Assembly (NCBI RefSeq): GCF_006345805.1
Contig: NC_043000.1
Coordinates: 122,636,001 to 122,700,000, forward strand
DNA: 64,000 bases
From: Octopus sinensis
Taxonomy: Eukaryota
Reading direction: 5' to 3'
Both the position numbers and the translations under genes were made by a program. The notes beneath the pieces were generated by a model, which saw nothing but the letters and a program-made list of their open reading frames with translations, was not told where the DNA came from and made no database searches. Below, one piece after another: positions 38,313-50,730 of this stretch (position 1 is the stretch's first letter; every line of letters begins with the position of its first letter).

Positions 38313-38364
<52 letters not shown>
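38313..38364. repeat. (GATA)n tract abutting the 3' end of the Tx1-like LINE
   Basis: Direct inspection. Confidence 0.97.
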
Positions 38365-38367
<3 letters not shown>

Positions 38368-38745
38368 TGTTTCTTTATTAGCCACACAGGGCTGCACACA
38401 ACAGGACAAATTACAAGGTAGAGCTTTTCTTTTGGGGGTAAAAAGGGGGGTTTGGTTTTCGATCAAAAGGGATCGTAAAAGGAAAGAAAGAGGGCAAAAA
38501 AAGGGGGGGATAAAATAAAAAATAAATAAATAAATAAAAAAGAGGGGGGGAGGAAAAAAATTGATCAATAGAGATCGTTATCACAGAAATATCAATATGA
38601 AGTGTAAAGGGGAGGACAGGTGAGGTTTACCCGTGGAAAGAAAAGCCTACGGAAAAGACCACGGTAACCTCGGTCAATGAAGTCACATGTTATATTTCTT
38701 TTTTTGTTTTGCAAATAAGCAACTCTCTGTATTAATCTTTATGGT

Positions 38746-41700
38746 TCATAGAATCGTAGTCAAGGTGGCTTCGTCATTCATACGTGCCATCCTTGCTACA
38801 TTCACCCATCTTTTTTTAAAACATTCACTAGACAAAACTTGCCTCTCTAGTCTCACTTTCCTCTTCAAGTGATACTTGAAGAAGTTGATGTGAGATTGAC
38901 CAGAGAGGAAAGTGTTTGTCTCTAATCCTTTCAGGCGCGTCCACCAGATACATTCTTTCGCCATAGCCACAAGTATGATAAAAATAGCTCTTCCTTCCCG
39001 TTTGAAGGAAGGAGGCGTGACGATATTAACGATAGACTCGGCTGATAAACCGACACGTCCCACACGTGACAGCAGTCGTTCGACATAAGCCCACAGGTTG
39101 GAGATTGTTGGACACTGCACGATTGCGTGCAGAGCGGTTTCGTCGCTCTGCCCGCATCTCGGGCAGGTCGGCCCCGTGTTTCTCGAACCATGCCTATAGA
39201 GCTTATCCCGAACGGGTAGCGCTTCTCGGTATCACCGCCAGGCCAGGGATCTCTGGAAGTTGTCCATAGGTCCCGGCCCGAAAGTAGTTTCAAACAGGCG
39301 GGTCAGGTATTCCTCGTCGACGCCCAGGTTTGCCCCAAGATCGTCGTCGTACCTCCCCTCCACTAATCCCCTATAGAATGCTTTGGTTGTGTTGAAGTCA
39401 CTCTAGGTCGGCCCGGGACGGCAGAGTTGCTTGAGAGCAACGCGACACTCGCGGTGCCATCCTCCCTTCCTCGGCCTCTTTTTGATCCACGACTGCAGTT
39501 CGGTCATGGAGACAAGCTGCGGGAAAGCGTGCTTCACAAACGGCGACCACACCTGTTCACCGTCGTCTACGTAGAGCCTGAGATGTCGCAGTCTCAGCGC
39601 GTGTCTCCGCATCATCAACCACGGCATGCCCAGTCCTCCTTTTAACGGGTGTTGACAGCAAATGGATCACCTGACCATCGGGACGCATCCTTTCCACAAG
39701 AAGAATGCGTTCTAGTTTGGTGATGGTAGGGTCGGGACAAGGCACGACGGTCAGGCGGTAATAGATGACGGACACGATGTACGTGTTCGCCACCTCCGCC
39801 CGAACTTTTAGGGACAGTTTCCTCTCGGCCCATTGCCGGGCGAGAGTGACCACCCTACTCGTTATCTCGTTCCAGTTCTTCTCCATTTGGAGGTCCGGTC
39901 CGAACCAGACCCCGAGCAACTCAACCGGGCCGTCTGTCCAGCGTCCCACGACGGAGGTACTGGTGGACGGCATGGGCTTGCTTCTCCAGGTGCCGAGCCG
40001 CAAGCCCACTGACTTTTCCCGGTTGATTTTTGCTCCTGTCACCGCTTTGTAGTCTTTCAGTGTCTCGCCGACCAGCTCGATGTGCTCGTGGCTTGACACA
40101 ATGACGGTGACGTCGTCCGCGTATGCAGACACGCTCGTCCCGCATCCCAATTCTCGCGGGATGCCCCTCATAGTCGCCAGCTTCCGCAGTAGTGGCTCGA
40201 GAGTCAATACGTATAGAAGCGCCGAGACGGACCAAACGTGCAATGTTGAAAGGTCTCGATAGATGTCCATTTACGCGAATTACCGTACGGATGCCTCTGT
40301 ACAAGGCAGCTATCCAGCCGCGGAAGACGGGACCGAAACCAGCCGCTCTGAGGACTGCCTCCAAGTATCGATGGTCTACCCTACCGAAGGCTTTCGATTG
40401 ATCCAAGTTGATCAGGGCCCCAGCCATGCCAGGTTCCTTAACTACTCTGTCTATGATGTAGCGCATCAGATGGAGGTTGTCATGGATGCTCCGGCCCGGC
40501 ACGGCGCACGTTTGTGCGTTGTCGACCAGTTTCTCGATGACAAGCGCCAACCTCTTGGCTAACACCTTTGTCAAAATTTTCAGGTCTGCATTGAGCAGAG
40601 TGATTGATCTAAAGTTATCTATAATGTTCCCCTTTTTTGGATCTTTCTACAGCAGCGTTACGGCTCCTCAACTCACAAAATCGGGTATGCTCCTGTTTTG
40701 CTGCCAGTTGCAGTATACCGCTGCCAAGACGTATCCAAACAAGTCTGGCATACAATTGTAAAACTCGTAGGGCAGACCATCCAAGCCCGGCGATTTGTCT
40801 CTCGAGCATTCTGCCATCGCGTCCCGCACATCCGCCGCCGTTATGGCACCTTCGCAGCACTCTGCCTCTCTTGCCGAGAGTCGTGATAGGCTGTGCAGGT
40901 AGGCACTGAAGTCCACCCTGCGTTCACGCTCACTACTCGTCCCGTACAGTCGGGCAAAGTGCCGCTGAAATGTCTGGCACATCTTGCTGGGCTCGAGCAA
41001 TTCGCGCCCTTGTTCATCTACCAGAGACCGAATGGTGGTTTTGTTGCTCTGCTGCGCCTCCGCCACCCGGGCCTCCCTCGCGGCTCCAACACCTTGCATC
41101 CTTAGAGCACGCATCCTAGCCCTGACAGCACACCCTTCGTGTTTGGCGTTGAAGTGTTGGCCAAGGGGCAACCTCGCCGCTAAAACGTCGGATGTGATGC
41201 CGCTTCTTATTGCCTCTTCTAACTTCTTAACTAACTCACCCTCTACTCTATTTCTATCTACGGCTAGTGCCTTGCTATATCTAATTGCTTCCGCTTTTAC
41301 TGCTCTTTGAGGGCGAACCACCATTTGTTGTTGACAATGGCTCCCGTTAAAGCCCTTTTTACTAACGTGTTGATTCTGTCTCTGAAAACCTGTCTGGACG
41401 GGAAAGATGTGTTCAGTTTCCAGTAACCAGGACCCTGTCTATGTGTCTTATCTAAGTCTAGCGTACATGTCACGAATTTGTGATCTTGTAGCTGACTGTG
41501 TGGAATTGTGGACATCCTAAGTTATCCCTGTCTACTGTCCTACACAGTATCCTATCTAGATACGATCTCGACGACCCACTGCGGTTGCTCCATGTCCACG
41601 TTGGTGCATTTGGGTGGTCGAGTCGGTACCTGTCAGACAGTTGGAATCGTCTGAGCAGGTCTCTGAGGCATTTGCATCCCCTTCTGTTTTTGTCTCTCCC

Positions 41701-42159
41701 CACATAGTCTAGATGCGTGTCCAAGGTAGCATTCCAATCCCCCACTAAAAGTAAAGGACGAGACGTTCCCAGGAATACTTCTAGACGTCGAAAGAAATCC
41801 GGCCGACCTGTTAAAGGCGGTGCATAGACTGATACGTGTTGAAAAGCGCACCCATTGCTGCCGTCGACATCCAGAACGACCAGTCTACCCTCCGCGTCTA
41901 CGAATATCGTCTTGACTTCGAGATCCAGGCTCTTGTGAAAAAGTACCGCGGTGCCACTACCGCCCATCCTCGGCAGACAGGGAGCAAAATAAATGTTAAA
42001 CTGTCCGCCAAACATGGACTTTAGGGCCCGCGTCTCGTGGAGTCTGGTCTCACTTATGGCTATGATTCCCAAATCATGTGACTTGATGTCACTTAGGAGG
42101 TATCCTTGTTTCCAAGGAGACCCCAAGCCACGCGCATTCACACAACCAATCTTGACCAT
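38746..42159 (-). pseudogene. ORF2: APE endonuclease + reverse transcriptase + C-terminal zinc motif, with several frameshifts
   Basis: APE motifs VNARG, ISET, VYAP, GDWN, YLDRI, DH; GYWKLN; KSPGLDG; LDQSKAF.RVD; YADD at 40123-40112; KINREKS; CPRC..(7)..H..(4)..C near 39160-39115. The QGCP motif appears deleted. Confidence 0.92.
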
Positions 42160-43016
42160 GATTCTATTGGGGTGTGTGCTTTAAAACACAAAAAGGAAGG
42201 TACTGAGAGTTACTTACTTGTGTCGAAAGTTTTGGCTTCCTCGTTCTTTGATGTGTCTTGGAGGAGGTTTTTATAGAGTTTTTGTGAAGGGTATTTTTGG
42301 AACCCCCCAACCGCATTTGGAAAGAGGGCTTTGAGTGTGTGGTGTGGTGTTTGTGTGATGTGTAGTATTTTGATGTGTTTGGGTGGTGTAGTGCGTGGAT
42401 GGTTGTTAGTTTTGAAGTCATCTCTTCACAGATGTTTGTGTGGGCTGTGATGTACTCCATTAGTTTGGAGTCTTTGGTGTCTATCGCTGATAGTATTGTG
42501 GTTTTGTGGTTTTGGTGGTGTTGGTGGTTTTGGTGTGTATGGAGCTTTCAAGGTTCCGGTATCTCCCTGCTTTGGTTGCGTTTTCTTGTTTGTGTTTTTT
42601 TTTATCTTTTTCTTTTACCCCCTATTTGGCTATTTGTCATTCTGTAGAACTTTCATCGTTAGATGAAAAGTCTGACGAATCAGCAGGGAGCAAGGGTAAA
42701 GCATCTGGGTCTGTTTGTGCGGTTGTAGATATTGTTGTGGTGTGGGGGGGGGTGTTGCTGGGGGGTTTGGTGTGGTGATTGTCTCTCCTACATCCTTGGT
42801 GATTGTCTTCTTCGTTGTTGTTCTCGGTGTTGGAATTGGTTTAGTTGTTGTTGGTGGTGATGGTTCTGTTCTTGACGCAGGTGATGGTGTTGTTTGGTTG
42901 GGTTGGTCCGTTCTTTGTTGCTTTTCATGCATTTCTGCATATAGCTTCTTAATTAGCCGTCCATACTGTGGTGTGGGCAATAATGCTGGCTTTTGTGGTT
43001 TTTCCTGTGGCTGTTG

Positions 43017-44327
43017 TTATTGTTGTTGTTTCTCGGCAGATTTGCACTCCTTTTTGAGGTGTGTTTCACTGCCGCATGTATAGCAGCGTGGCCTTCTGCC
43101 CTCGACTACTATATACAACTTGCGGTCATCCGCAAGATGTACGTGGGTGGGAATTTTATTAATGTCGTCTTGGCTTATGTGGAGGAGAATCTCCATTCTC
43201 TTTCCCACCCAGTCCTTGTGTTTTGAAACAGTTATATCCAGGATGTTTATGTCCTCCATTTCGACGCATATGGCGGATGTTATCCATAGTGTGGTTGTTA
43301 TTTGCGGGACATTATTGATAATGACCTTTGTCACCTTCTGGCCAAGGTAACTGGGTGTCATTGTTAGCTCTTCTGAATGAAGAGTTAACGTTGAGAATTG
43401 CTTTGCCAACTCTTCATTCTGAAAAACCACCTGTACGTGGGCAAACTTGTTCGACCAAGTCACATACTCCTTGTATCCCCAGATGGGGCGTAGGCACTTT
43501 TCTATTTTGTCCGTGCTTGCTTTTTCTGGACTTTTAGTTGTGTTGTTTGTTATTTTATAAATAATCGTTTTCTTTTTTTCCTCATTCAGTATGTGTTGTG
43601 GTATGTGTAATTGTATTTTGCCGTTTTCTTTGGTGATTAGGGCTCTGGAGTCTTTTATCTGCTGTGCAGTAAACGCCTCGGTGAAGTTTGTTGTTGTTTT
43701 GTTATTGTTGTTACTGCTGGTGGTGTTGGTGTTGATGACAGGGGTGTGGGTTGTGGGTATATTAGGTTTGTGGTTGCTGATTATGCAACTAGCAAGGGGT
43801 GGAAAATTGTCTGCGTAATTCGCTCCTGTATTCGCGCAAATTTCGGCACCTCGTTTGATGGTCGCGGTTATTTTTTTCTCTCCTTCACTTGTTGGTGATG
43901 GAGGGAACAGTGGCTGAAGGGAATTGTTGTTGCTGTTGTTGTTATTGTCGTTCTTGGTGACGGCGGTGGTATTAGTAGCAAGGGAGGCATTGACGGCACG
44001 GTCTTTGGTGGCGGTGATGGTGATGTTGGTATTGTTATTGTTGTTGGTAGTGGTGTCGTTAGCAGAGATAGCAGTTGTAGTAGCAGAAGCTGCCATGGTG
44101 GTGGTGTCGGTGTTGATGGTGGAATCATTGGTGGCGGTGACGGTGCTTGGCCTTGCAACCTTTGTTTTGTATTTGTTGCTGTTGTTGATGCTGATGGTGG
44201 TGGTGGTGGTGGTGGTGTAAGTAGTGTCTACACAGTCAAGTTCAGCGCATGGTGACAGGGCAACCTGTTTTTTTGTTTTGGCGTCACGCTTCAGTTGCGC
44301 CTCAGTCTCGTGGTGACCAGTAGCCAT
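43017..44327 (-). CDS. ORF1 (gag-like nucleic-acid-binding protein), 436 aa to a premature stop
   Basis: CX2CX4HX4C knuckle CYTCGSETHLKKEC (43085-43044); Thr/Asn-rich N-terminus. The frame continues past the TAA into the 42980-42630 ORF. Confidence 0.8.
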   Translation of the reverse strand: MATGHHETEAQLKRDAKTKKQVALSPCAELDCVDTTYTTTTTTTISINNSNKYKTKVARPSTVTATNDSTINTDTTTMAASATTTAISANDTTTNNNNNTNITITATKDRAVNASLATNTTAVTKNDNNNNSNNNSLQPLFPPSPTSEGEKKITATIKRGAEICANTGANYADNFPPLASCIISNHKPNIPTTHTPVINTNTTSSNNNNKTTTNFTEAFTAQQIKDSRALITKENGKIQLHIPQHILNEEKKKTIIYKITNNTTKSPEKASTDKIEKCLRPIWGYKEYVTWSNKFAHVQVVFQNEELAKQFSTLTLHSEELTMTPSYLGQKVTKVIINNVPQITTTLWITSAICVEMEDINILDITVSKHKDWVGKRMEILLHISQDDINKIPTHVHLADDRKLYIVVEGRRPRCYTCGSETHLKKECKSAEKQQQ

Positions 44328-44540
44328 TTTTGAAAATAAAATGGCTAAAATACAACACGAGGCCTACGAAAATTTTAAAAATTTTGCCCACAAAGGGCAA
44401 AATTTTGTGTAAATATTAGTCAAGGTTTCCAGTGGACGTTGCACAACTTTTAAACACAAAATATTTGACAATAAACACTTTTGAACGTACAAAATGACCA
44501 ACTTACTTGGAGCCCATTTGACTTGCGTCTGTCTGTGCAG

Positions 44541-44541
<1 letters not shown>

Positions 44542-44571
<30 letters not shown>

Positions 44572-44577
44572 AGATAC

Positions 44578-44660
<83 letters not shown>

Positions 44661-44661
44661 C

Positions 44662-44732
<71 letters not shown>
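44542..44732. repeat. (GATA)n tract separating the two Tx1-like copies
   Basis: Direct inspection. Confidence 0.97.
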
Positions 44733-44733
<1 letters not shown>

Positions 44734-45653
44734 GTTTTTTATTTGCCACACAGGGCTGCACACCGATGGGACAAGTTACAAGGTAGAGCTTCTTTGGGGG
44801 ATGAAAAAACAAAAAAAACAAAAGAAAAAGAAACAAAAAAAAGGGGGTGGCGTAGGTTTTCGATCAAGAGGATCGTAAAAGGGAAGAAAAGAACAAAAAA
44901 AATAAAATAAAAAATAAAAAAATAATAATAAAAAAAAGAAAAGGAAAGGAACAAAAAGAAAAGGGAAATGAAAAAGAAGAAGAAAAAAGGGGAAAAAAAG
45001 GGGAAGAGGAAAAAAACGATCAATAGGGTGTGTATCACAGTGTTATGATATATGGTGTGAAAGGGGAAAGCAAGTAAGGTTTATCCGTGGGAAAAGAAAA
45101 GCCTACGAAAAAGACCACGGTAACCTTGGTCAATATTGTTATATGTTACCACATTGTTTGCAAGTGGGTAACCCTCTGTTTTCAATTTCTGGGTTCATAG
45201 GATTATGCTCAAGGTGGCTTCGTCATTCATACGTGCCATCCTGCTAATTCACCCATCTTTTTTTAAAACATTCGCTAGACAAAACTTGCCTCTCTACTCT
45301 CACTTTCCTTTTCAAGTGGTACTGAAGAGTTGATGAGAGATTGACCAGAGAGGAAAGTGTTTGTCTCCAATCCTTTCAGACGCGTCCACCAGATACATCT
45401 TTCGCCATAGCCCCAAGGATGATTGAAAATAGCTCTTCCTTCCCGTTTGAAGGAAGGAGGCGTGACAATATTGACGATAGACTCAGCTGATAAACCGACT
45501 CGTCCCACACGTGACAGCAGTTGTTCGACATAAGTCCACAGGTCGGAAATTGTTGGACACTGCACGAGTGCGTGCAGAACGGTCTCGTCGCTCTGACCGC
45601 ATCTCGGGCAGGTCAGCCCCGTCTTTCTCGAGCCGTGTCTGTAGAGCTTATCC
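44733..45653 (-). mobile_element. 5'-truncated second copy of the Tx1-like LINE
   Basis: Colinear with 38365-39208 (about 90% identical by eye); truncation point AGCTTATCC directly abuts (GATA)n at 45654-45680. Confidence 0.92.
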
Positions 45654-45928
45654 AGATAGATAGATAGATAGATAGATAGATATAGATATATGTATGAATA
45701 TACATTTAAACATATATACTTATATACATATAGACATACTTATATATTTAAGTATATATATTTATATGTAGATACATATAAATATGTGTGTGTGTGCGTG
45801 TGTGTGCAGTTTTCTATGACTATTGTATTTCTAAATACATCACTTGCCTATTATTTTTGTTATTACTCGTATAATGTTTTGCTCTTACATCCGTATTCTT
45901 CTATGTACCAGTACATTTATTCGTAAAG

Positions 45929-45960
<32 letters not shown>

Positions 45961-46392
45961 AGATAGATATATAGATAGATATATACATATATATATATAT
46001 ATATTATCTCTGTAACTATACCTTCATGTTATAATATATATTACGATATGTGTGTCTGTGTGACTGCGAGTATGTTCTGCGTTTTAAGTATTATAGTTAT
46101 ATCTCCCTCTGTTTTAACGCTTTAGCTTTGTGCTTTGTACTCTGTCTTTCATTCTTAATTGTTTCTAACGTTTTAGTTTTTATACACATTGTATATTCTA
46201 TTCTTGTATATTATAAAAATGTATTCCAATATTCTTCTTCGTGTGTAGCAAACGTTTCGGTCTATTAGATCTACTCTAATATGTGTGTGTCTATGCGTGA
46301 GTATGAGTGTGCGTATATGTGCTTGTAGGATTATATTATATGTATTTCTATATGCATACATACATACATACGCACACACACACACACACACA

Positions 46393-46440
<48 letters not shown>

Positions 46441-46548
46441 GCATACATATACATGCGCACACAACACATATCAACAAACACACGCACATATTTATGTATC
46501 TCGTACTCTCTCTCTTTCTCTTTCTCTCTATCCCTCTTTTATAGATTT

Positions 46549-46950
46549 GACTGTGCTGAAAGAGGCTTGCTTCCCAAACACATGGTCTCAGGTTCAGTCC
46601 CACGTTGCAGAAGCTTAGGCAAGTGCCTTCTAGTATAGCCCTGTGCCGACAAAATCCTCGTGAGTAGATTTGGTATGTGGAAACTTAAAGAAGACTATAG
46701 TATATGCATCTACATGTGTGTGTGTGTGTGTGTGTTGTGTACTGTATGTGTCTTCTGGCTAGATTTTTTTCTCCAAGACTGTTTGTCACCCGATGTTGGC
46801 TTCTTTATATCTCCGACACTTATCGGCTCAGCAAATAGAATGATTACCAGTCTTAGAAGTATGTAGTTGGATGGATTTGTTCGTCTAAACCATTCAAAGG
46901 GTGCCCCAGCTTGCCCACAATTCAGTGAGTGAAACAAGTAAACACTAAAA
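46549..46950 (+). mobile_element. Old, diverged SINE family A relative
   Basis: GGCTTGCTTCCCAAACACATGGTCTCAGGTTCAGTCCC head ... GTGAAACAAGTAAA tail. Confidence 0.7.
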
Positions 46951-46991
46951 AATATAGATAGGTATCTATCTAGCTAAATAGGTATATATAT

Positions 46992-47323
46992 ACTCTTTAC
47001 TCTTTTACACTTTTACTTGTTTCAGTCATTTGACTGCGGCCATGCTGGAGCACCGCCTTTAATCGAGCAACTCGACCCCGGGACTTATTCTTTTTGTAAG
47101 CCCAGTACTTATTCTATCGGTCTCTTTTGCCGAACCGCTAAGTAACGGGGACGTAAACATACCAGCATCGGTTGTCAAGCAATGCTATGGGGGACAATCA
47201 CAGACACACAAACATATACACACACACACTTATATATATATATATACATATATACGACAGGCTTCTTTCAGTTTCTGTCTACCAAATCCACTCACAAGGC
47301 TTTGGTCGGAGCCCGGGGCTATA
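46992..47323 (-). mobile_element. SINE family A, 5'-truncated
   Basis: Near-consensus tail and body ending at GGGGCTATAG; tail-to-tail with the copy at 46549. Confidence 0.9.
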
Positions 47324-47324
47324 G

Positions 47325-47367
<43 letters not shown>

Positions 47368-47384
47368 ATATATAATATAATTAA

Positions 47385-47714
47385 GGTTAAGCAACAGGTT
47401 GCTTAACCAACATACCGACAATTAGAAATAGCAGTCAAAGACCGCTTATTCCTATTTGCTTCAGATATAGCTCACATATGACATTTACTTGTAATTCGGT
47501 AAAAGAAGGAAAAATAACGAAATCAAACAGTCTTCGGTCAGTTGTGGGATGCGTTTCTGGTTAGAATTATAAAGAACTCATTTCCTCCTTTTACCTATGT
47601 GAGTTACAAGTAAATGTTATATGTGGAGCTATATATGTAGTAAATAGGAATAAGCGGTCCTTGACTGCTATTTCTAAATTTTCGGTATGTGGTTAAGCAA
47701 CCTGTTACTTAACC
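47385..47714. repeat. Long inverted repeat (~130-bp arms, ~70-bp spacer), PLE-like inverted end or MITE
   Basis: 47385-47512 is the imperfect reverse complement of 47581-47714; the spacer contains the GAAACGCATCC half-hammerhead on the minus strand. Confidence 0.85.
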
Positions 47715-47779
47715 CTGATTACATATATATATAATATAATATATATATATATAAGGATTTAAGGATATAATCTATATAT

Positions 47780-47818
<39 letters not shown>

Positions 47819-47835
47819 GTGTGTATATATATATG

Positions 47836-47866
<31 letters not shown>

Positions 47867-47908
47867 GTATATATATATATATTATGATATATATATATAT
47901 ATGTATAA

Positions 47909-47970
<62 letters not shown>

Positions 47971-48077
47971 TTTTCTAAAAGTTCCTACCGATTATGGTTC
48001 TCTTTTCATACCGATAACTACTTGGTAATAATTATTGATTTTAAAATTAATAATTATTTACCCTTATATTAGCAATG

Positions 48078-48078
48078 A

Positions 48079-48148
<70 letters not shown>
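48078..48148. repeat. (GATA)n microsatellite
   Basis: Direct inspection. Confidence 0.97.
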
Positions 48149-48149
<1 letters not shown>

Positions 48150-49213
48150 TTTGTGCATTGTGCCTATGTATCTGTGTGCGCGGGCGTGTTTATGTGTGTG
48201 TATATATGTGTATATGTGCTAAAACACCTCTTGAATACGACCAATGAAATTAACTTTGTCAGGACTTCTATACTATATTGACTAATAGTTGCCTCATATC
48301 CTGTTAGTGCTAACGTCTTTTGTTTAGACACTCGCCTTCAATTTCGAAAACCAGCATCGAAGTAACAATTACATCACAACAGAGCAACTAGGCCTTGAAG
48401 AGCTTAAGTATATTATCAGATTCCGCACCCAGTTTTTATCTACATCCTTTCGCCCCTTGAACTTCATTCATAATCTCCAACTAAGGAAATCTATCGAAAA
48501 CTCGTTATATATTTATACCTTCAGAGCACATATTAATAATGAAGTTACCAATACAATTATTATAGACTTATACATTCCCTTTCAGGAGCTCATATATATT
48601 AATTCGAACTTATCACAATGAAAATACGCCTTACACAGTAATATATATAAACCTAATGTTAAATTAGGCTCCCAACATCTCAGCATATAATTATTATTTA
48701 GAAATTTAAATAATCCCCTGCGTTTAGAAATTGTTTCATAGTTTTCTTTAAAGCTTAGTGACATACATACATTTAATATTAAACAAGGGTACTTAACTCA
48801 GCACATAATTGTGCTTATAATTTGGTAATCTTAATAGCACTCAATTTAATCGTGTCTTTTATCTTCAAAGACATTCATTTCTGAACTACAACACTATCTT
48901 CCTCCGGGCTTCAACATTATTACTAGCAACCACATTCCATAGTATTACGTACCAATCCAGTTAAGTATCATCTAGCAGTTTCAAGCTGAGAACGACTATG
49001 AACAATAGAAATGCCACATGTATATCATTGAGAACTAAGTTTAATGTTATACATGTGTGTGTATGTGTGTGTGCATGTGTCTGTGCGTGTGTGTCTGTGT
49101 GCCTGTGTCTGTGTGTTTGTATCTTTGCTCATATATATTCATATTTATCACGCTATCCATGTATATCTCCCTCAAGTTCTCTATCTATCTATCTATCTAT
49201 TTACTTATTTATT

Positions 49214-49257
<44 letters not shown>

Positions 49258-49266
49258 AAATATATA

Positions 49267-49511
49267 AATGCCCCTTTTAAAGCCTAGCCAGGCTCATGGG
49301 CCCGGTTTCCCGGTTTCTATGGCGTATGTTGTTCCCAAGCTGGAGGGGACGCCAGTCCATCGCAGCGTTACTCATTTTTGCCAGCTGAGTGGACTGGAGC
49401 AACGGGAAATGAAGTGTTTTGCTCAAGAACACAACACGTCGCTCGCTCCAGGAATTGAAACCACAATCTTACGATCATGGTGCTGACACACTAACCACTA
49501 AGCCACGCGCC
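49267..49511 (-). mobile_element. SINE family C variant with a third type of 3' tail
   Basis: Head GGCGCGTGGCTTAGTGG and central box shared; tail ...GATGGACTGGCGTCC...GGGAAACCGGGCCCATGAGCCTGG. Confidence 0.85.
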
Positions 49512-49553
49512 TCCACATATGTGTGTGTGTGTGTGCGTGTGTGCGTGTGTGTA

Positions 49554-49599
<46 letters not shown>

Positions 49600-49774
49600 C
49601 GTGTGTGTGTGTGTATGATCACCATTCTTTTCTTTCAGGGATGCTCTAAAGAGTGGACGTATCTTATATCTCTCTCTTCTATATTTTCCCTTGTCAAAGA
49701 AATTATTTCTCCAGCGTTCGCTCTTTTACTCTCCTTCTGATCTAACGACCCTCCATATTTGTTTTCGTTCGGCT

Positions 49775-50057
49775 TCCTTGTATGTCTCCACTGTTTTTTT
49801 CTTTCCCCAACTTTGACCGTCCATAAATCCAAAATTTCATTTTGGTACTCATGGGAGCAACTGTCTTCAAAGACACATATTGTCGCTCAGCGCTCGAAAG
49901 AAGGAGTACATGCTCAGCCCACGACTGATGACGGGTCGTTCCTTATGTTACTCGTCCTGTTTTCCATTCGTTCCTCTCGTTGTTTGCGTATTGAACTCAT
50001 TTGTATTCGTATTTCATGTTGTTTACAACTTGTTAAGTCCTGTAACCCATATATGCA

Positions 50058-50060
<3 letters not shown>
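49775..50060 (+). repeat. Unclassified interspersed repeat (copy of 16515-16790)
   Basis: Colinear similarity by eye. Confidence 0.8.
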
Positions 50061-50088
<28 letters not shown>

Positions 50089-50132
50089 ATATATATATAT
50101 ATACACGCATGCATATATATATATATATGTAA

Positions 50133-50730
50133 TCTCTCTATATACAAAGCTGAAGTTGTCTGTGTATGGCAGATTTGGTAGCCTTCAACTAACACTATTT
50201 CCTCCGAGACCCCGCATAAACACACCAGCATCGGATGTCAAGCGATGTTGGGGGGGAAAACACAGACACACAAACACATACACATATATACGACGAGCTT
50301 CTTTCAGTTTCCGTCTACGAAAACCACTCACAAGCCTTTGGTCGGACCGAGGCTATATTACAAGACACTTGCCCAAGGTGCCATGCAATGGGACTGAACC
50401 CGGAACCATGTGGTTCGTAAGCAAGATACTTGCCTGCGCCTATTGACTAGAATCGAGAGTATGATAGAATAAGGCTGACTATTCCTTCCGTAGAAGAAAA
50501 CAATTCAAATCGGACTATATTAACACCAAAAATTATTTACATCAAAAAGGTGCTTTTTTTCTATTTACGATTTGTTGACTGCCGTGTTGCCATTTTTCGG
50601 TGTATTTCAACCAGAGGAAATGTTCACTCAAAGTGAATAACAAGCTACAGAATGTAAAATGTTTACTTTTCAAAAATTCCAATTCTAAAGGGTCGAAACA
50701 AATCCGAGCAACGCCGGGCGATACTGCTAG
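50133..50730 (+). mobile_element. Non-autonomous Helitron containing a nested SINE A
   Basis: A|TCTCTCTATATACAAAGCTGAAGTTGTCTG ... CCGAGCAACGCCGGGCGATACTG-CTAG|T. Confidence 0.8.
50213..50440 (-). mobile_element. SINE family A (partial) nested in the Helitron
   Basis: CATAAACACACCAGCATCGG ... GCCTGCGCC. Confidence 0.88.

Larger units (their letters stand above)
38365..44540 (-). mobile_element. Full-length (~6.2 kb) Tx1/L1-group non-LTR retrotransposon, disabled
   Basis: ~210-nt 5' UTR, ORF1 with a CCHC knuckle, ORF2 APE-RT-CCHC, ~380-nt 3' UTR ending AATAAAGAAACATAT; both ends abut (GATA)n. Confidence 0.9.

Noticed and set aside
42715-44220. Plus-strand hydrophobic Val/Leu/Gly-rich ORFs
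   Set aside because: Antisense shadows of the Thr/Asn/Pro-rich ORF1 of the Tx1-like element.
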